Source: Bacteroidia bacterium (lineage in GTDB: Bacteria > Bacteroidota > Bacteroidia > UBA7662). Taken from it: a DNA stretch of 64,000 nucleotides. The stretch covers positions 285 to 64,284 of the forward strand of contig JBMTCP010000011.1 in assembly GCA_049431025.1 (NCBI GenBank), in the 5' to 3' direction. A program made the translations under genes and the position numbers. Under the pieces are notes generated by a model, which was not told the DNA's origin, did no database searches, and was given only the letters and a program-made list of their open reading frames with translations. Positions 51,530 to 62,400 of this stretch are shown one piece after another (positions within the stretch are counted from its first letter, which is position 1; every line of letters begins with the position of its first letter).

Positions 51530-52497
51530 GATCGCGCTCTTTGGGTGGTTTTCACCAGCAAGAGGGTGGCCCAACGATTCAAGGTGGCCTCTGCCAAAGG
51601 CTCCAAACCCAAAGTCAAGGCACGCTCCAACAAAATTTCGGTGTCTTCGGTATAAAAACCACTTAACCACAATTGCCCCCCTTCACGAAGATTTTGGGCA
51701 TAGGCAGCCATATCCTCCAACAAAATGTTACGGTTAATATTGGCCAAAATCAAATCCATGGGTCCATGGCCCGAATGGGCCAGGTTTTGGGCATTCCCCT
51801 GCTCCCACAAGCCCTGAACGGCATTGCGTTCAGCATTTTCTGCGGCGTTGCTTGCCGAACCTTCTTCGATATCCAAACCCCAAACCCAATCCGCCCCCAA
51901 GCGATAGGCCAAAATAGCCAATACGCCGGTACCGCAACCCATATCCAAGACCCGAAGACCGCGCGGGCTTAAGGGCGAATCAGCCCGATCCCAGCGGCGT
52001 GTCAATACAGGAAGGCTTTGGGCATTTGGAGGGGTAGGCGCACCCAACAACCACCAACACATCATGAGAGTGGTCGGGTGATGACCGGTGCCAAAAGACA
52101 TGCGCGGCATAATCACCAACTCCAAATCGGTAACGTTCAAGGGCTCATGAAAAGGAGCACGAATTCCAAACATTGTTCCCAATTGGACAGGTTCAAAGCG
52201 GGATTCCCATTCTTTATTCCAGTTAATATCCTCCAAAACTTCCGGCTCTTCCACCCCCTTAACCCAATCCGGGTACTGCGTCAAGAGCCATTCACGGCAA
52301 CCATCGCGAAGTTCAGACGGACGACCATAAGCTTCCAAAACCCAGGTGCTCTGGTCTCCTGAAGCCCCAATATTCTGAACCGGTTCAACCAACTGGAACG
52401 AATCGTAACCCCAATCGGAGAGTTCAGCTGCCAATACCTCGGCCTGCTCTTCCGTTTGGACGTGAATTCGCCAAACCCCAAAAGACGACTTACTCAA
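51526..52497 (-). CDS. prmA: ribosomal protein L11 methyltransferase
   Basis: Has the SAM-binding motif VLDMGCGTGVLAILA and the PrmA N-terminal domain. Confidence 0.85.
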   Translation of the reverse strand: MSKSSFGVWRIHVQTEEQAEVLAAELSDWGYDSFQLVEPVQNIGASGDQSTWVLEAYGRPSELRDGCREWLLTQYPDWVKGVEEPEVLEDINWNKEWESRFEPVQLGTMFGIRAPFHEPLNVTDLELVIMPRMSFGTGHHPTTLMMCWWLLGAPTPPNAQSLPVLTRRWDRADSPLSPRGLRVLDMGCGTGVLAILAYRLGADWVWGLDIEEGSASNAAENAERNAVQGLWEQGNAQNLAHSGHGPMDLILANINRNILLEDMAAYAQNLREGGQLWLSGFYTEDTEILLERALTLGLEPLAEATLNRWATLLLVKTTQRARS

Positions 52498-53270
52498 GGT
52501 GCCGAAAATACAATATCTGCAAAGGCCCTGATTTGCAAGGAGGCACCTCCTACCAAGGCTCCATCCACATCCTCCCCGGCCAAGAGATCAGCCGCATTGG
52601 TTGCGTTAACGGACCCCCCGTACAGAATCCTTAGCGAAGACGCGGCCTCAGGACCCAGGTTGCGGAAAATCCAACCCCGAATCAAGGCATGGACTTCGTT
52701 GGCTTGTTGAGGGGTTGCCGTTAGTCCGGTACCAATCGCCCAAACGGGCTCGTAGGCCAAAACCAAGGCTGAAGGATCCAGAGAAAGCCCTTCCCCGCCC
52801 AAGGCCTCTTGCAATTGGGCCTCAATGACCATCGCGTAGGCTTCGCTTTGGCGCTGCTCCAAAGACTCCCCAACACAATACACCGCCATCAGGCCTTGTT
52901 CCTGCAGCCGACGAATTTTGAGTCCGCCCTGCGCAGACGTCTCGCCATGATACAGCCTTCGTTCGCTATGACCTACCAAAGAAAAGCGACAGCCCATAGC
53001 CGCCAGCATGGCCGCTGAAACTTCCCCGGTATAGGCACCGCGCTCATGCGCTGAGCAATCTTGGGCACCCAACAAGGCCTGATCCTTCATTTCGCTGGCC
53101 ATGGATGCCAAGTGAGTCATGGGAACAGCCAAACCCCATTCCACATTTCGATGCATGCCGTTTGTCACCGTGGGCACCAATTGTCGGGCGAGAAGGCGAC
53201 CCTCCTCCGGCAGAGTATTCATCTTCCAATTTCCCAAAACAAGGGATGTTCGGGATGTCTTAGTAGTCAT
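52494..53270 (-). CDS. tpiA: triosephosphate isomerase
   Basis: LVLGNWKMN, the catalytic region AYEPVWAIGTG and YGGSV are present. The start is placed at the internal ATG (MTTKTSRTSLVLGNWKMN). Confidence 0.9.
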   Translation of the reverse strand: MTTKTSRTSLVLGNWKMNTLPEEGRLLARQLVPTVTNGMHRNVEWGLAVPMTHLASMASEMKDQALLGAQDCSAHERGAYTGEVSAAMLAAMGCRFSLVGHSERRLYHGETSAQGGLKIRRLQEQGLMAVYCVGESLEQRQSEAYAMVIEAQLQEALGGEGLSLDPSALVLAYEPVWAIGTGLTATPQQANEVHALIRGWIFRNLGPEAASSLRILYGGSVNATNAADLLAGEDVDGALVGGASLQIRAFADIVFSAP

Positions 53271-53292
53271 GGCAAGGTTGGGATTTTTTGGT

Positions 53293-54477
53293 TTATCCAG
53301 CGCTTTTTTCCCAGGTTCGTTGGGTGGCGCTTTGATCAAAAACAATTTGAAGTTGACGCTTTTCGTCATCGCTCAGGGTTATGCCCCGACGCTGCATGAC
53401 TTTTTGGGCCGTTTCACAAAATTTATCAAAGCGAAAAGTCTCCATTCCATGAATACCTCCCCAAGCAAAACACGGCACAAATTGGCGCACAAAACCGCCG
53501 CCAAAAACATTGGCACCTACCCCGATGACCGTGCCGGTATTGAACATTGTATTGATTCCGCATTTGGCATGGTCGGCCATCACCAGCCCGCAGAAAGTAA
53601 GTCCGGTGTTACGAAATCGAGAGCTCGCAATATGCCATAATTTTACCGATTCGTAATTGTTCTTGAGGTTGGAATTGTTGGTATCCGCACCCCAATTGCA
53701 CCACCGCCCCACGACCGAGTTTCCCATGAATCCGTCGTGCCCTTTGTTTGAGTAGGAATGGAGAATGGAATTGCTGACCTCTCCCCCAACCTTGCAATGC
53801 GGACCTACGGTGGTGTCACCGTAAATCTTGGCGCCCATTTTGAGGGTGGCGTGCTCGCCGAGGGCCATGGGCCCCTTGACCAAAGCACCGGGCATGATTT
53901 CAGCATGAGCCCCTATCCAGATGGGGCCATCCGAAGCGTCCAACACCGCCGCCGCAACACGGGCGGTAGGGTGTATCCACACGTGTTGAGGGTTATAAAC
54001 GACCGTATGGGGATCGGACGAATCTCGTTCTTCCCAGGTGGGAAGTGCCCATTCCCCCCCAGCCGACCGTAGTACCTCCACATCGTTGCGGATTTCCTGA
54101 CCGTTTTTCAAAAATAAGTCCTCCGGAAATTGGAGCATGGATACCTCGCCGTCCCAAGGCAACCACTCGCAATCCTCGGCAAGCAAGTTGCCAGCGTTTC
54201 CTGCACCAGCAGTGTGCATCCTAAGCAGAGGGCAAGACGCCGTTTGCAGGCCCTGCCCATCGCGAAGCTTTGATGCGGCTTCCAGCAAGGCTTCCGAAGG
54301 TAACAAACGCGAATTGACCGTCATCGCCATGGGTCGACGATTCCATAACAAAGCCCATTTTTGGGCCAGGGTCAGGATACCCACCCGCAATTCTTCGGGG
54401 GGCATGGTATAGGTTAGCGGAAGCAGATGTACCGCCTCGGCATCGTCTCCAAAAAAAACAAGGCCGGAGGACCTCAT
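53293..54477 (-). CDS. left-handed beta-helix (hexapeptide-repeat) GlmU-like putative sugar nucleotidyltransferase
   Basis: The C-terminal half is made of hexapeptide repeats (IGAHAEIMPGALVKG...IYGDTTVGPHCKVGG). The N-terminal domain is a degenerate nucleotidyltransferase-like fold. The start is uncertain. Confidence 0.5.
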   Translation of the reverse strand: MRSSGLVFFGDDAEAVHLLPLTYTMPPEELRVGILTLAQKWALLWNRRPMAMTVNSRLLPSEALLEAASKLRDGQGLQTASCPLLRMHTAGAGNAGNLLAEDCEWLPWDGEVSMLQFPEDLFLKNGQEIRNDVEVLRSAGGEWALPTWEERDSSDPHTVVYNPQHVWIHPTARVAAAVLDASDGPIWIGAHAEIMPGALVKGPMALGEHATLKMGAKIYGDTTVGPHCKVGGEVSNSILHSYSNKGHDGFMGNSVVGRWCNWGADTNNSNLKNNYESVKLWHIASSRFRNTGLTFCGLVMADHAKCGINTMFNTGTVIGVGANVFGGGFVRQFVPCFAWGGIHGMETFRFDKFCETAQKVMQRRGITLSDDEKRQLQIVFDQSATQRTWEKSAG

Positions 54478-57050
54478 TCCTGATCCCCGCTTGGAGGGGT
54501 GCTTTTACTTTTGCGGGAGGGACGAGGTGTCGGCGTTGGATCAAGTACCGTGACCTTCATTTCGCCCTGTTCATCCGCTTCCAATTTGAGCATAGAGCCG
54601 GCTTGTAAAGTCCCGCTAATCATTTGTTCGGCCACAACATCTTCTACATATTTTTGGATGGCCCTTTTGAGCGGTCTTGCCCCAAATTGTGGGTCGTAAC
54701 CTTTTTCGGCCAAAAGATCAAGGGCGGATGGGGCCAGTTCGACTTCGTAACCCAAATCTTTGATTCGACGTAAAACTGCTCCCAAGGTCAAATGAATAAT
54801 CTTGGATAATTCTTCGCGCTCCAAGGAGTTGAAGACAATGACATCGTCAATGCGATTCAAAAACTCCGGTGAAAAGGTTTTCTTGAGGGCATTTTGGATA
54901 ACGGAATGGCTTTCTTTTTCCTTGGCCTCTACTTTGCTCGGTGTACTAAATCCGACTCCAGTCCCAAAATCCTTAAGTTGCCTTGACCCGATATTGGAAG
55001 TCAATATGATTAAGGTATTCTTGAAATCAACTTTACGGCCGAGGCCATCGGTTAGCTGACCATCATCCAATACCTGGAGCAAAAGATTGAAGATATCGGG
55101 GTGCGCTTTTTCGACTTCGTCCAAAAGGATGACCGAATAAGGCTTGCGGCGGACCTTCTCGGTGAGTTGCCCTCCTTCCTCGTAACCAACATAGCCAGGA
55201 GGTGCTCCAACCAAACGGGAAACAGCGAATTTTTCCATGTATTCGCTCATGTCAATGCGGATAAGGGCATCCTCGGTATCGAACATGAAACGCGCAAGTT
55301 CTTTGGCCAGTTCAGTTTTGCCTACCCCGGTTGGACCCAAAAAGATAAAGGACCCCATGGGTTTGCGGGGATCCTTAAGCCCTGCTCGGGTTCTCAGAAT
55401 AGCCTTGCTCACGGCTTCCACCGCTCGGTCCTGTCCGATCACCCTTTCCTTAAGTTCGGAGGCCATACGACCTATGCGCTCTGCTTCGGTCTGAGCGATT
55501 CTCTTGACCGGAACCCCGGACATCATGGCCACCACTTCGGCGATATGGTCCTCGGAAACGGTAAAGCGACTTTTGCGAGATTCTTCCTCCCAGCGTTGCT
55601 TGGCCTGTTCCAATTCTTCCAGAATGCGCTTTTCGTTATCCCTCAACTTGGCAGCCTCTTCGTACCGTTGACTTTTAACAACTTTGTTTTTTTGCTCCCG
55701 AATTTCTTCGATTGCCGCCTCCAGACGGGTAACTTCTTCGGGAACTCGGATATTACCAATATGAACGCGGGCACCGGCTTCATCCATGGCATCAATGGCT
55801 TTATCCGGCAAATAGCGATCGGTGATGTAGCGATCGGTTAATTTAACACAGGCACTGATAGCTTCCTCGGTATAAGCGACTTGATGATGGTCCTCGTACT
55901 TTTGGCGAATATTGTTAAGAATCTGTAAGGTTTCTTCCGGTGATGGGGGATCAACCATAACTTTTTGGAAACGCCGATCCAAAGCTCCGTCTTTCTCGAT
56001 AAACTGTCGGTATTCGTTCAAGGTTGTCGCCCCTATACACTGAATCTCACCGCGGGACAAGGCCGGCTTGAACATGTTACTGGCATCCAAGGATCCCGAG
56101 GCCCCGCCGGCACCCACCATGGTGTGGATTTCATCGATAAACAAAATCACATCCGGTGATTTTTCCAACTCGTTCATCACCGCCTTCATCCTTTCCTCGA
56201 ACTGTCCCCGGTATTTGGTGCCAGCCACCAGGGAAGACAAATCCAGCGTAACAATGCGCTTGTCAAAAAGAATTCGGGAAACTTTTTTCTGATGAATACG
56301 CAAAGCCAAACCTTCGGCAATGGCTGTTTTTCCAACGCCCGGTTCCCCTATAAGAATGGGGTTGTTCTTTTTGCGACGGCTGAGGATTTGAGAAACCCTT
56401 TCGATTTCTTTATCCCTACCAATAATTGGGTCAAGACGACCCTCTTCGGCCAGTTGGGAAAGGTCCCGGCCAAAATTATCCAAAACCGGGGTCTTGCTTT
56501 TGGGATTGGATGACTTTCGTGGTAGGTCACCGGCCGATTTCTTGTCATCCTCACCGTAAGCGTCCTCGTAAGATGCTTTGGTCGATGGTGGAGGCTCCGT
56601 ACGTTCTCTGCCTTCAATCATGGCATCGATTTCCTCTTTGACCAAATCGTAGGTAACATCAAATTTTTCCAGGACCCGGTTAGCCAGACAATCCTCTTCT
56701 CTCAAAATCGATAACAACAGGTGGACGGTGCCAATCAATTCACTCTTGAAAAGCTTGGCTTCCAAAAACGTGATTTTGAGGATTTTCTCGGCTTGCTTGG
56801 TAAGGGGTATCTGATCAGCAGACAAGCCGGACTTTTCTACGCTATTCCGCATGGAATCCTCCACCGCTACCCGAAGTTTATCCAAGGGGACCCCCAGGTT
56901 ACGCAGGGTTTTGATCGCTTGCCCATCCCCCTCCCGGATCAAACCCAAAAGCAGGTGGCAGGCGTCGATGTAGTCATGACCCAAACGTACCGCTTCCTCG
57001 CGGCTAAAGGCGATGACATCCTTGACCTTGGGAGAAAATTTGGCGTCCAT
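54474..57050 (-). CDS. clpC: ATP-dependent Clp protease ATP-binding subunit ClpC (Clp/Hsp100 family)
   Basis: N-terminal Clp_N repeats, two AAA+ modules ([15 protein letters not shown]; [12 protein letters not shown]), and a short UVR-like linker between them, which favours ClpC over ClpB. The start is at the ATG ending at 57050. Confidence 0.85.
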   Translation of the reverse strand: MDAKFSPKVKDVIAFSREEAVRLGHDYIDACHLLLGLIREGDGQAIKTLRNLGVPLDKLRVAVEDSMRNSVEKSGLSADQIPLTKQAEKILKITFLEAKLFKSELIGTVHLLLSILREEDCLANRVLEKFDVTYDLVKEEIDAMIEGRERTEPPPSTKASYEDAYGEDDKKSAGDLPRKSSNPKSKTPVLDNFGRDLSQLAEEGRLDPIIGRDKEIERVSQILSRRKKNNPILIGEPGVGKTAIAEGLALRIHQKKVSRILFDKRIVTLDLSSLVAGTKYRGQFEERMKAVMNELEKSPDVILFIDEIHTMVGAGGASGSLDASNMFKPALSRGEIQCIGATTLNEYRQFIEKDGALDRRFQKVMVDPPSPEETLQILNNIRQKYEDHHQVAYTEEAISACVKLTDRYITDRYLPDKAIDAMDEAGARVHIGNIRVPEEVTRLEAAIEEIREQKNKVVKSQRYEEAAKLRDNEKRILEELEQAKQRWEEESRKSRFTVSEDHIAEVVAMMSGVPVKRIAQTEAERIGRMASELKERVIGQDRAVEAVSKAILRTRAGLKDPRKPMGSFIFLGPTGVGKTELAKELARFMFDTEDALIRIDMSEYMEKFAVSRLVGAPPGYVGYEEGGQLTEKVRRKPYSVILLDEVEKAHPDIFNLLLQVLDDGQLTDGLGRKVDFKNTLIILTSNIGSRQLKDFGTGVGFSTPSKVEAKEKESHSVIQNALKKTFSPEFLNRIDDVIVFNSLEREELSKIIHLTLGAVLRRIKDLGYEVELAPSALDLLAEKGYDPQFGARPLKRAIQKYVEDVVAEQMISGTLQAGSMLKLEADEQGEMKVTVLDPTPTPRPSRKSKSTPPSGDQE

Positions 57051-57101
57051 ACAAAGGGGTTTAGGCAAAATTAGGAACAAAATTCGTGCCAAGGGGTTTT
57101 A

Positions 57102-57111
57102 CCCCCCCCCC
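57102..57111. repeat. homopolymeric C10 tract in the clpC upstream region
   Basis: Seen directly in the sequence; it sits within an AAGGGGTTTTACCCCCCCCCC hairpin-like element about 50-60 bp upstream of the clpC start. Confidence 0.6.
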
Positions 57112-57153
57112 TTTTCAAGAAAGCAACCCTCCCTGGAATTCCGAAGGCTGTCC

Positions 57154-59340
57154 TTAGGGACGGCTAATCAACAATCGAGCCGTTCCTAAGCCGTCCTGGT
57201 GCAAAATTTCCAACATATACATGCCTCGATTCCAGGTACCGGTCTCGAGTTTCAGGGGTTCCTGTCCGGGCTCCAGACGACGACGATCCGTCCAAATCGT
57301 TCGGCCACTCGCATCCATGACGTGGATTTGAACATCCGAAGCCTTTTGCAAAGGAATTTCCAAGAAAACCTGATCCGTTGCCGGGTTGGGATAGGCTTTG
57401 AGCGATAAATTTTCCCAGCGAGCCAAGGGACGAACCGAGGTGCCGGTCGAGGTACCAAAGCCATAAACGTCGTTTCGGTTTCTGGGTTGCAACTTCCAAT
57501 TGCTGAAATTGAAGGTTAGTATGCCTTGAATAAAGTTCAAACGCTGACGGAATGTCAGAGAATCGGTATTAAAGTTCTGACCCAAATCCAGACTGGACAA
57601 GGTGACCCCACCTCGAACCCTCAAACCGGCGGTAACGGCAGAATCCGGGTAAATGCTGAATTCACCAAAGTTGGAAGGGGCATCCGGATTTTGATTGACC
57701 ACATAAACCGAATCAAAAATCAAAAGGGAGGACTCGTGAGGCTCGGTGTAGTTGTAGCTCCGAGCAATAATGGAATCGATAGGAACTCGGAAGGCCTGAT
57801 AAGGCTGACCGGGGGCAATAAAATCGTAGTCCAATACCTCCAGGGTGGTTATCCCAAAATCTTCAATCACCAAGGCTTTTTTGATCCAAACACTATCACC
57901 GCGCAGTCGGGTATCGATATCGGTTGAACCGTTGTTATCCGGACGCAAGGTTATCCCTGTCCAAGGTCCCACGCCATCTTGAAAAATGATACGACCATAG
58001 TCCGAAGGATCCAGGGTGGACATAATTCGACCCCGTAATTGCATGCTATCCAAAACAACGTCCGCAAAGATGGAGCGACCCCCCACCACCGGCGTTTCCT
58101 GAATATCCGAAACCCGGTTAATGCCGTTGTTCATAACCCTGAATAACCCAAAGGACTGTAGAGTATCGGGCTGAACTCCGTTGTTGTTCTGGTTATCGGT
58201 TGCACGGATATAGTAATGGTAATAGGCCCCATTTTGGGTCAATACCGAGCCCGGGATGGTCGCCTGAAATGAATCAGGAGCCACGAGCGTCATGGGCAAT
58301 GAATCGTAAACCCCACCACGAACACCGGAAGCATAGAAAAGCATCGCTGAAGCAACCGATCCATCCAAATCCACAATACGAGCGCCAATGGTGACCGGAT
58401 TTGCGGTACGAGGCACAGCAGGCGTCGCTTTCCACAGGCTAATGAAAGGGGGAGAAGCCATGACCGAACCCAAATCCGAAGGGGTAAGCGGGATTATTTC
58501 GTAACGTGGGTAAAGTGTTCCAAAATTGGTTTCGGTAATGACGCCCCGAACATGCGAAAAGACTTTGCCTTGCTGAACAAAAACCGGGGCTCCTGCATTC
58601 GGTGGAATTGAAGCCGTGGACGAAACAAAGGGCGGACGAAAAAATCGTACCGCATCCCGAACGTTGATTTCGGAACCGGAAGCATCCCGTAACATCCAAG
58701 AAACCCTTCCACCACTGAAGGTACTGACATTGGTCACCAATACATTATTAAATTGTACATACATGCCCTCGTAGCCTTCACCCGTAGGCTTTTGGATTTG
58801 TTGGGGTACGGCCGGGTTATTGGGATCGTAAACCATGAACAAATTCATGAAGGACGGACGGGGGGCAGGAGGTGTTGCAAACCCCAAAACGCTACTCGCC
58901 ACTGGAATCAGGTTGAGTTGGGTTTCCCCGGAATTGGGAGAAGCGTCCTGAAATTCGGCCACCACCCCGGTGCATTCCACGATATTCCCCACCTGGAAAT
59001 TACTGAAGAACCCTACAGCCGAGGAATCCCCCAGATTTGGGAGACGAACCAAGAGGCCTTTCCAAACCCCATCGGCCAAACCCAAAGTATCCACCAAATA
59101 AGTGGCTTTCCAGTTTGTGCTCAACGCATGATCCCTGGGATTTAGAATTACCAAACCCCTAACCCTAACGGTATCGCCGACGTAACGGGAAAGGGTTTTG
59201 CCGGTCAAAAGGGTATCGGGATGCACCCACTGAATGGAATCAATGGAACGCAAGGGAAATCCCTGTCCGTAGGCCTGCTCCAGGCCTGTACCCATAAACA
59301 GGGCCAGTAACATGATCATCAAGGGAGTTTTCAAACGCAT
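57154..59340 (-). CDS. secreted protein with T9SS type A C-terminal sorting domain
   Basis: Signal peptide MRLKTPLMIMLLALFMGTGLEQAYG. The C-terminal about 80 aa (YPNPATDQVFLEIPL...MYMLEIL...) match the Por secretion CTD. The N-terminal domains are of unknown function and may be OB-like. Confidence 0.7.
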   Translation of the reverse strand: MRLKTPLMIMLLALFMGTGLEQAYGQGFPLRSIDSIQWVHPDTLLTGKTLSRYVGDTVRVRGLVILNPRDHALSTNWKATYLVDTLGLADGVWKGLLVRLPNLGDSSAVGFFSNFQVGNIVECTGVVAEFQDASPNSGETQLNLIPVASSVLGFATPPAPRPSFMNLFMVYDPNNPAVPQQIQKPTGEGYEGMYVQFNNVLVTNVSTFSGGRVSWMLRDASGSEINVRDAVRFFRPPFVSSTASIPPNAGAPVFVQQGKVFSHVRGVITETNFGTLYPRYEIIPLTPSDLGSVMASPPFISLWKATPAVPRTANPVTIGARIVDLDGSVASAMLFYASGVRGGVYDSLPMTLVAPDSFQATIPGSVLTQNGAYYHYYIRATDNQNNNGVQPDTLQSFGLFRVMNNGINRVSDIQETPVVGGRSIFADVVLDSMQLRGRIMSTLDPSDYGRIIFQDGVGPWTGITLRPDNNGSTDIDTRLRGDSVWIKKALVIEDFGITTLEVLDYDFIAPGQPYQAFRVPIDSIIARSYNYTEPHESSLLIFDSVYVVNQNPDAPSNFGEFSIYPDSAVTAGLRVRGGVTLSSLDLGQNFNTDSLTFRQRLNFIQGILTFNFSNWKLQPRNRNDVYGFGTSTGTSVRPLARWENLSLKAYPNPATDQVFLEIPLQKASDVQIHVMDASGRTIWTDRRRLEPGQEPLKLETGTWNRGMYMLEILHQDGLGTARLLISRP

Positions 59341-59365
59341 AATCGAGGTTTAGGGGTTAGAAAAG

Positions 59366-59395
59366 GCGCTCCGCCCGATGCAATCGGACGGAGCG
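59366..59395 (-). terminator. putative rho-independent terminator downstream of the giant secreted-protein gene
   Basis: Hairpin CGCTCCGCCCGAT...ATCGGACGGAGCG followed by a weak T-run on the minus strand. Confidence 0.4.
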
Positions 59396-59438
59396 ATGCA
59401 AAAGTAAGGTCGCTGTGTAAAGTTCTTATCAAAAAAAA

Positions 59439-62400
59439 TTAGGGACTGATCACAACCCAACGTATCCAGGCTATTGTTTGGCCGGCTTGAAGGACCGCCA
59501 CGCGGTAAAAACCCGGATCAAGCATAGGGGTAGGATGTTCACCGGATCCCAAGCGCACGGTGTAAACCGGCCTGGACATTCGGCCAAGGGTCATGGGATA
59601 CCAACGAAGTTCGGTGCCCTCCGGCCAGACAGAATGGGGGTCTCGGTAAAGCGCTTGCCCGGACACCAAGGGATTCGGGCCCAAACCGGTCCCTGCATGC
59701 CTGGGATGGGTTCGAAAGACCAAACTATCCGCTTCCAATCCGTTTAAACGCCCACGCGATCCCTCTCCGCATTGATCCATCCAGGCCTTGAACCTGCTTC
59801 TGGCGGAAACCACCCAAGGCTCCTGCCCTCCCCCTCCCTGAACACACCATTGCATCAATTCTTCCGACCAACCTGTCCAAGCATTGCGTGCAATGCTGTA
59901 GGCTGACCAGCGATGGCAGGTAGCCTCCATGAGCGAACAGGTCGCATTCCAGGTTTGCAAGAGCACTTGGCGCGAGGAGGGCAAAGGGTCAGACCAGTCC
60001 ATGGCTACCCGATTTAAACCGTTCAAAAGGTTGCCCAAGGAATCCAGGTACCAGCCGGCCAAAAAGGGTATCCGCTGCTCCCTAAAGTACGAAAGACCTC
60101 CTCCACTAGCCGATCGGGTCATGCACAAACCTGTGGTAGGCAAAGCCGCACCCCCCAAAATCACCAGTGGATTTCCATCCCAATCCTGCAAGGTGGAGAG
60201 GCTAGGGGGATGATGGTATGGCAGACGATTGCCTTGGGTTTCCAATCCGTAGTGGCCCCCGGTCTGGGGAAGCAGGTATTGCAAGGCCAATCCACTCAAC
60301 ATACCGGATAATGCCGTGGTATTGCCTGAAAAGGTGTTGTTACCGTTACGCAGGTAAAGTAAATCTGCCTCTTCGATGTGCAAAGCACGAATGTTATCCC
60401 CAAAGAAGTTCATGGCTCCATCCCCCAACCAGACCTGGGTATTCCCTGCATACCAAGCCGTCTGGTTGCGCGTCCATTCAGAACAAAGGGCTTCAACCCG
60501 CATAGGACCAAAACTCATGAGTCCGTTGGTGTTGGAATCCAGTAAGCATTCTTGAAGGCGGAGTCGTGCCCCTCCCTGCCCCATCACATCCACGCCAATC
60601 CCGTTACCGTGCCAAAGGGTTGCCCAGGCCCGGTTCATTTGAAGAAGATCGTACGCTTTCCAACCTATACGGTTGTTTTCAAATCGGCATTGCAGCAAAT
60701 CGGCGCCGGAATGATGCGTTACCAAGCCAGTATCATTACCCGCAAACCGGACACCCACCAAACGAATTCTTCGTTGAACAGGTGCTGGTTGCCAGCGAAG
60801 AGCACATTGCATCGAAGTGAATTCACAGTTTTCGACCAAAAGATCTCCGTTCCCCTGCACCGCCCAAACGCCTCCTCGGGCACCCGCCGCTTCTTGACCC
60901 AACCGACAATGACGCAAGGTTAAAGGACCTGCACAAGACCAAACCGCATCCGGCATCCACCGCACCCGACAACTATCCAGGATTACCGGCATTCGTGGCT
61001 CGTCCAAAATCCACGTTCCGCTTATTCGGAGTCGTTCGTTGTTAGGACCACCGCCTCTGATTTCCAGGGAAGCTCCGGTAGAGACCCACCAACGCGATTG
61101 CTGCGCATGAGATCGGACCCAAACAATACCTGTTCCCAGGGGCCTGAATACGGCACCTGGATGGAGAATCACCTGGCCATGAATTTCGAGTAAGGAGGAA
61201 TCCCCTTCCAAATCTACCAAAGCACCGGGGTATATTTCCAGTACGGATCCACTGTCCAACAAAAGGCGATACCTGTTTCTGATCCATAGCCTGCTGCCGC
61301 TTCGTAACACCAACCGGGAGCCTGGCCCAAAACGTGCCGATGATTTATCCCAACCCCAGTTACCCAAAGGCCTTCCAATTTCGATCAAGGAACTGGATGA
61401 GGCATCGACCCTGACCGAATCACAAGCCATCGTCAGGGTACGCACCTCACGATCAGCATTGGTCGGTAAGTCCGGTAAGTTAGGCACATCATACACCATG
61501 AGGGGACCACCTGCCAAAATGCGCAGCACCGAACCCGAACCCAAATTCACCGAGGGAATCCGAACTAAACTATTGAAGGGCACCAAGGGTGTGCTCAAGA
61601 CATGCCACCCCAGGTTCAACGTATCCCCTTGGGACAAGGCACTTACCCTGGGCATGGGCATCATGGAAGAACGCATCCAATGCCGCAGGGTCCCGGACCA
61701 GGTGCGGTAAACCATGGCATGCGGATCATTGAAATTTAGTTCAATCCAATGCGGTCTGTGCAACCAGCGCTCAAAGGATTTGGGATCAAAAGGAACATTC
61801 AACCCTAACACAGAGACAAAGACCGAAGAATCCAAATTCAAAGCCGAGACCGTGCTAACAAAGCTGTGTATCGATACCCTTTCTTCCGATTGGACAAAGC
61901 GATCCTGGATACGCATACCCATAGTGGAATAATCACCGGGGGCATAATCAAGACCCAAACGAGGAACCGTATTACGGACCGAAAAAACCCCCAAACGATT
62001 TCTGTAATGGTGTTGGCTCCATGCGCCTTCAATCCTATGTCGAAAACGTTGGTGAATAAGGAGCATGAGGCTGTGCCTGGATGCGAGAATCAAAGGACTG
62101 AGCAACGGAAACGCCGTTAACGCCAGTGCATGCACGGTTCGATTCAAGGCGAGGGCCCCCAGACCCTGGAGATACAAGGCGTATTGATTTTGGATATCCG
62201 AAAAATTGGATTGTATCCCGTTCCCCGCTAAATAAACCGTATCCAAAGCCGCAACATGGGGTGAGTGAACACCGATTCGGCCTTGATTTCTAAACAAGAC
62301 CATACGTTGAGAACCCATATCCCGAAAAGAACGAAATGGCAAAGGGAAGGAATGGGGCGCCCAAACCCCGGATTCCATGGAGAAAGCCACCTCACCATCC

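Noticed and set aside
54450-54462. A8/T8 homopolymer near the 5' end of the LbH nucleotidyltransferase-like CDS as a phase-variation site
   Set aside because: Eight residues is marginal for slippage, and the tract simply encodes Phe-Phe. The true start of this gene is also uncertain.
55101-55841. 246-aa plus-strand ORF
   Set aside because: Antisense to clpC; spurious.
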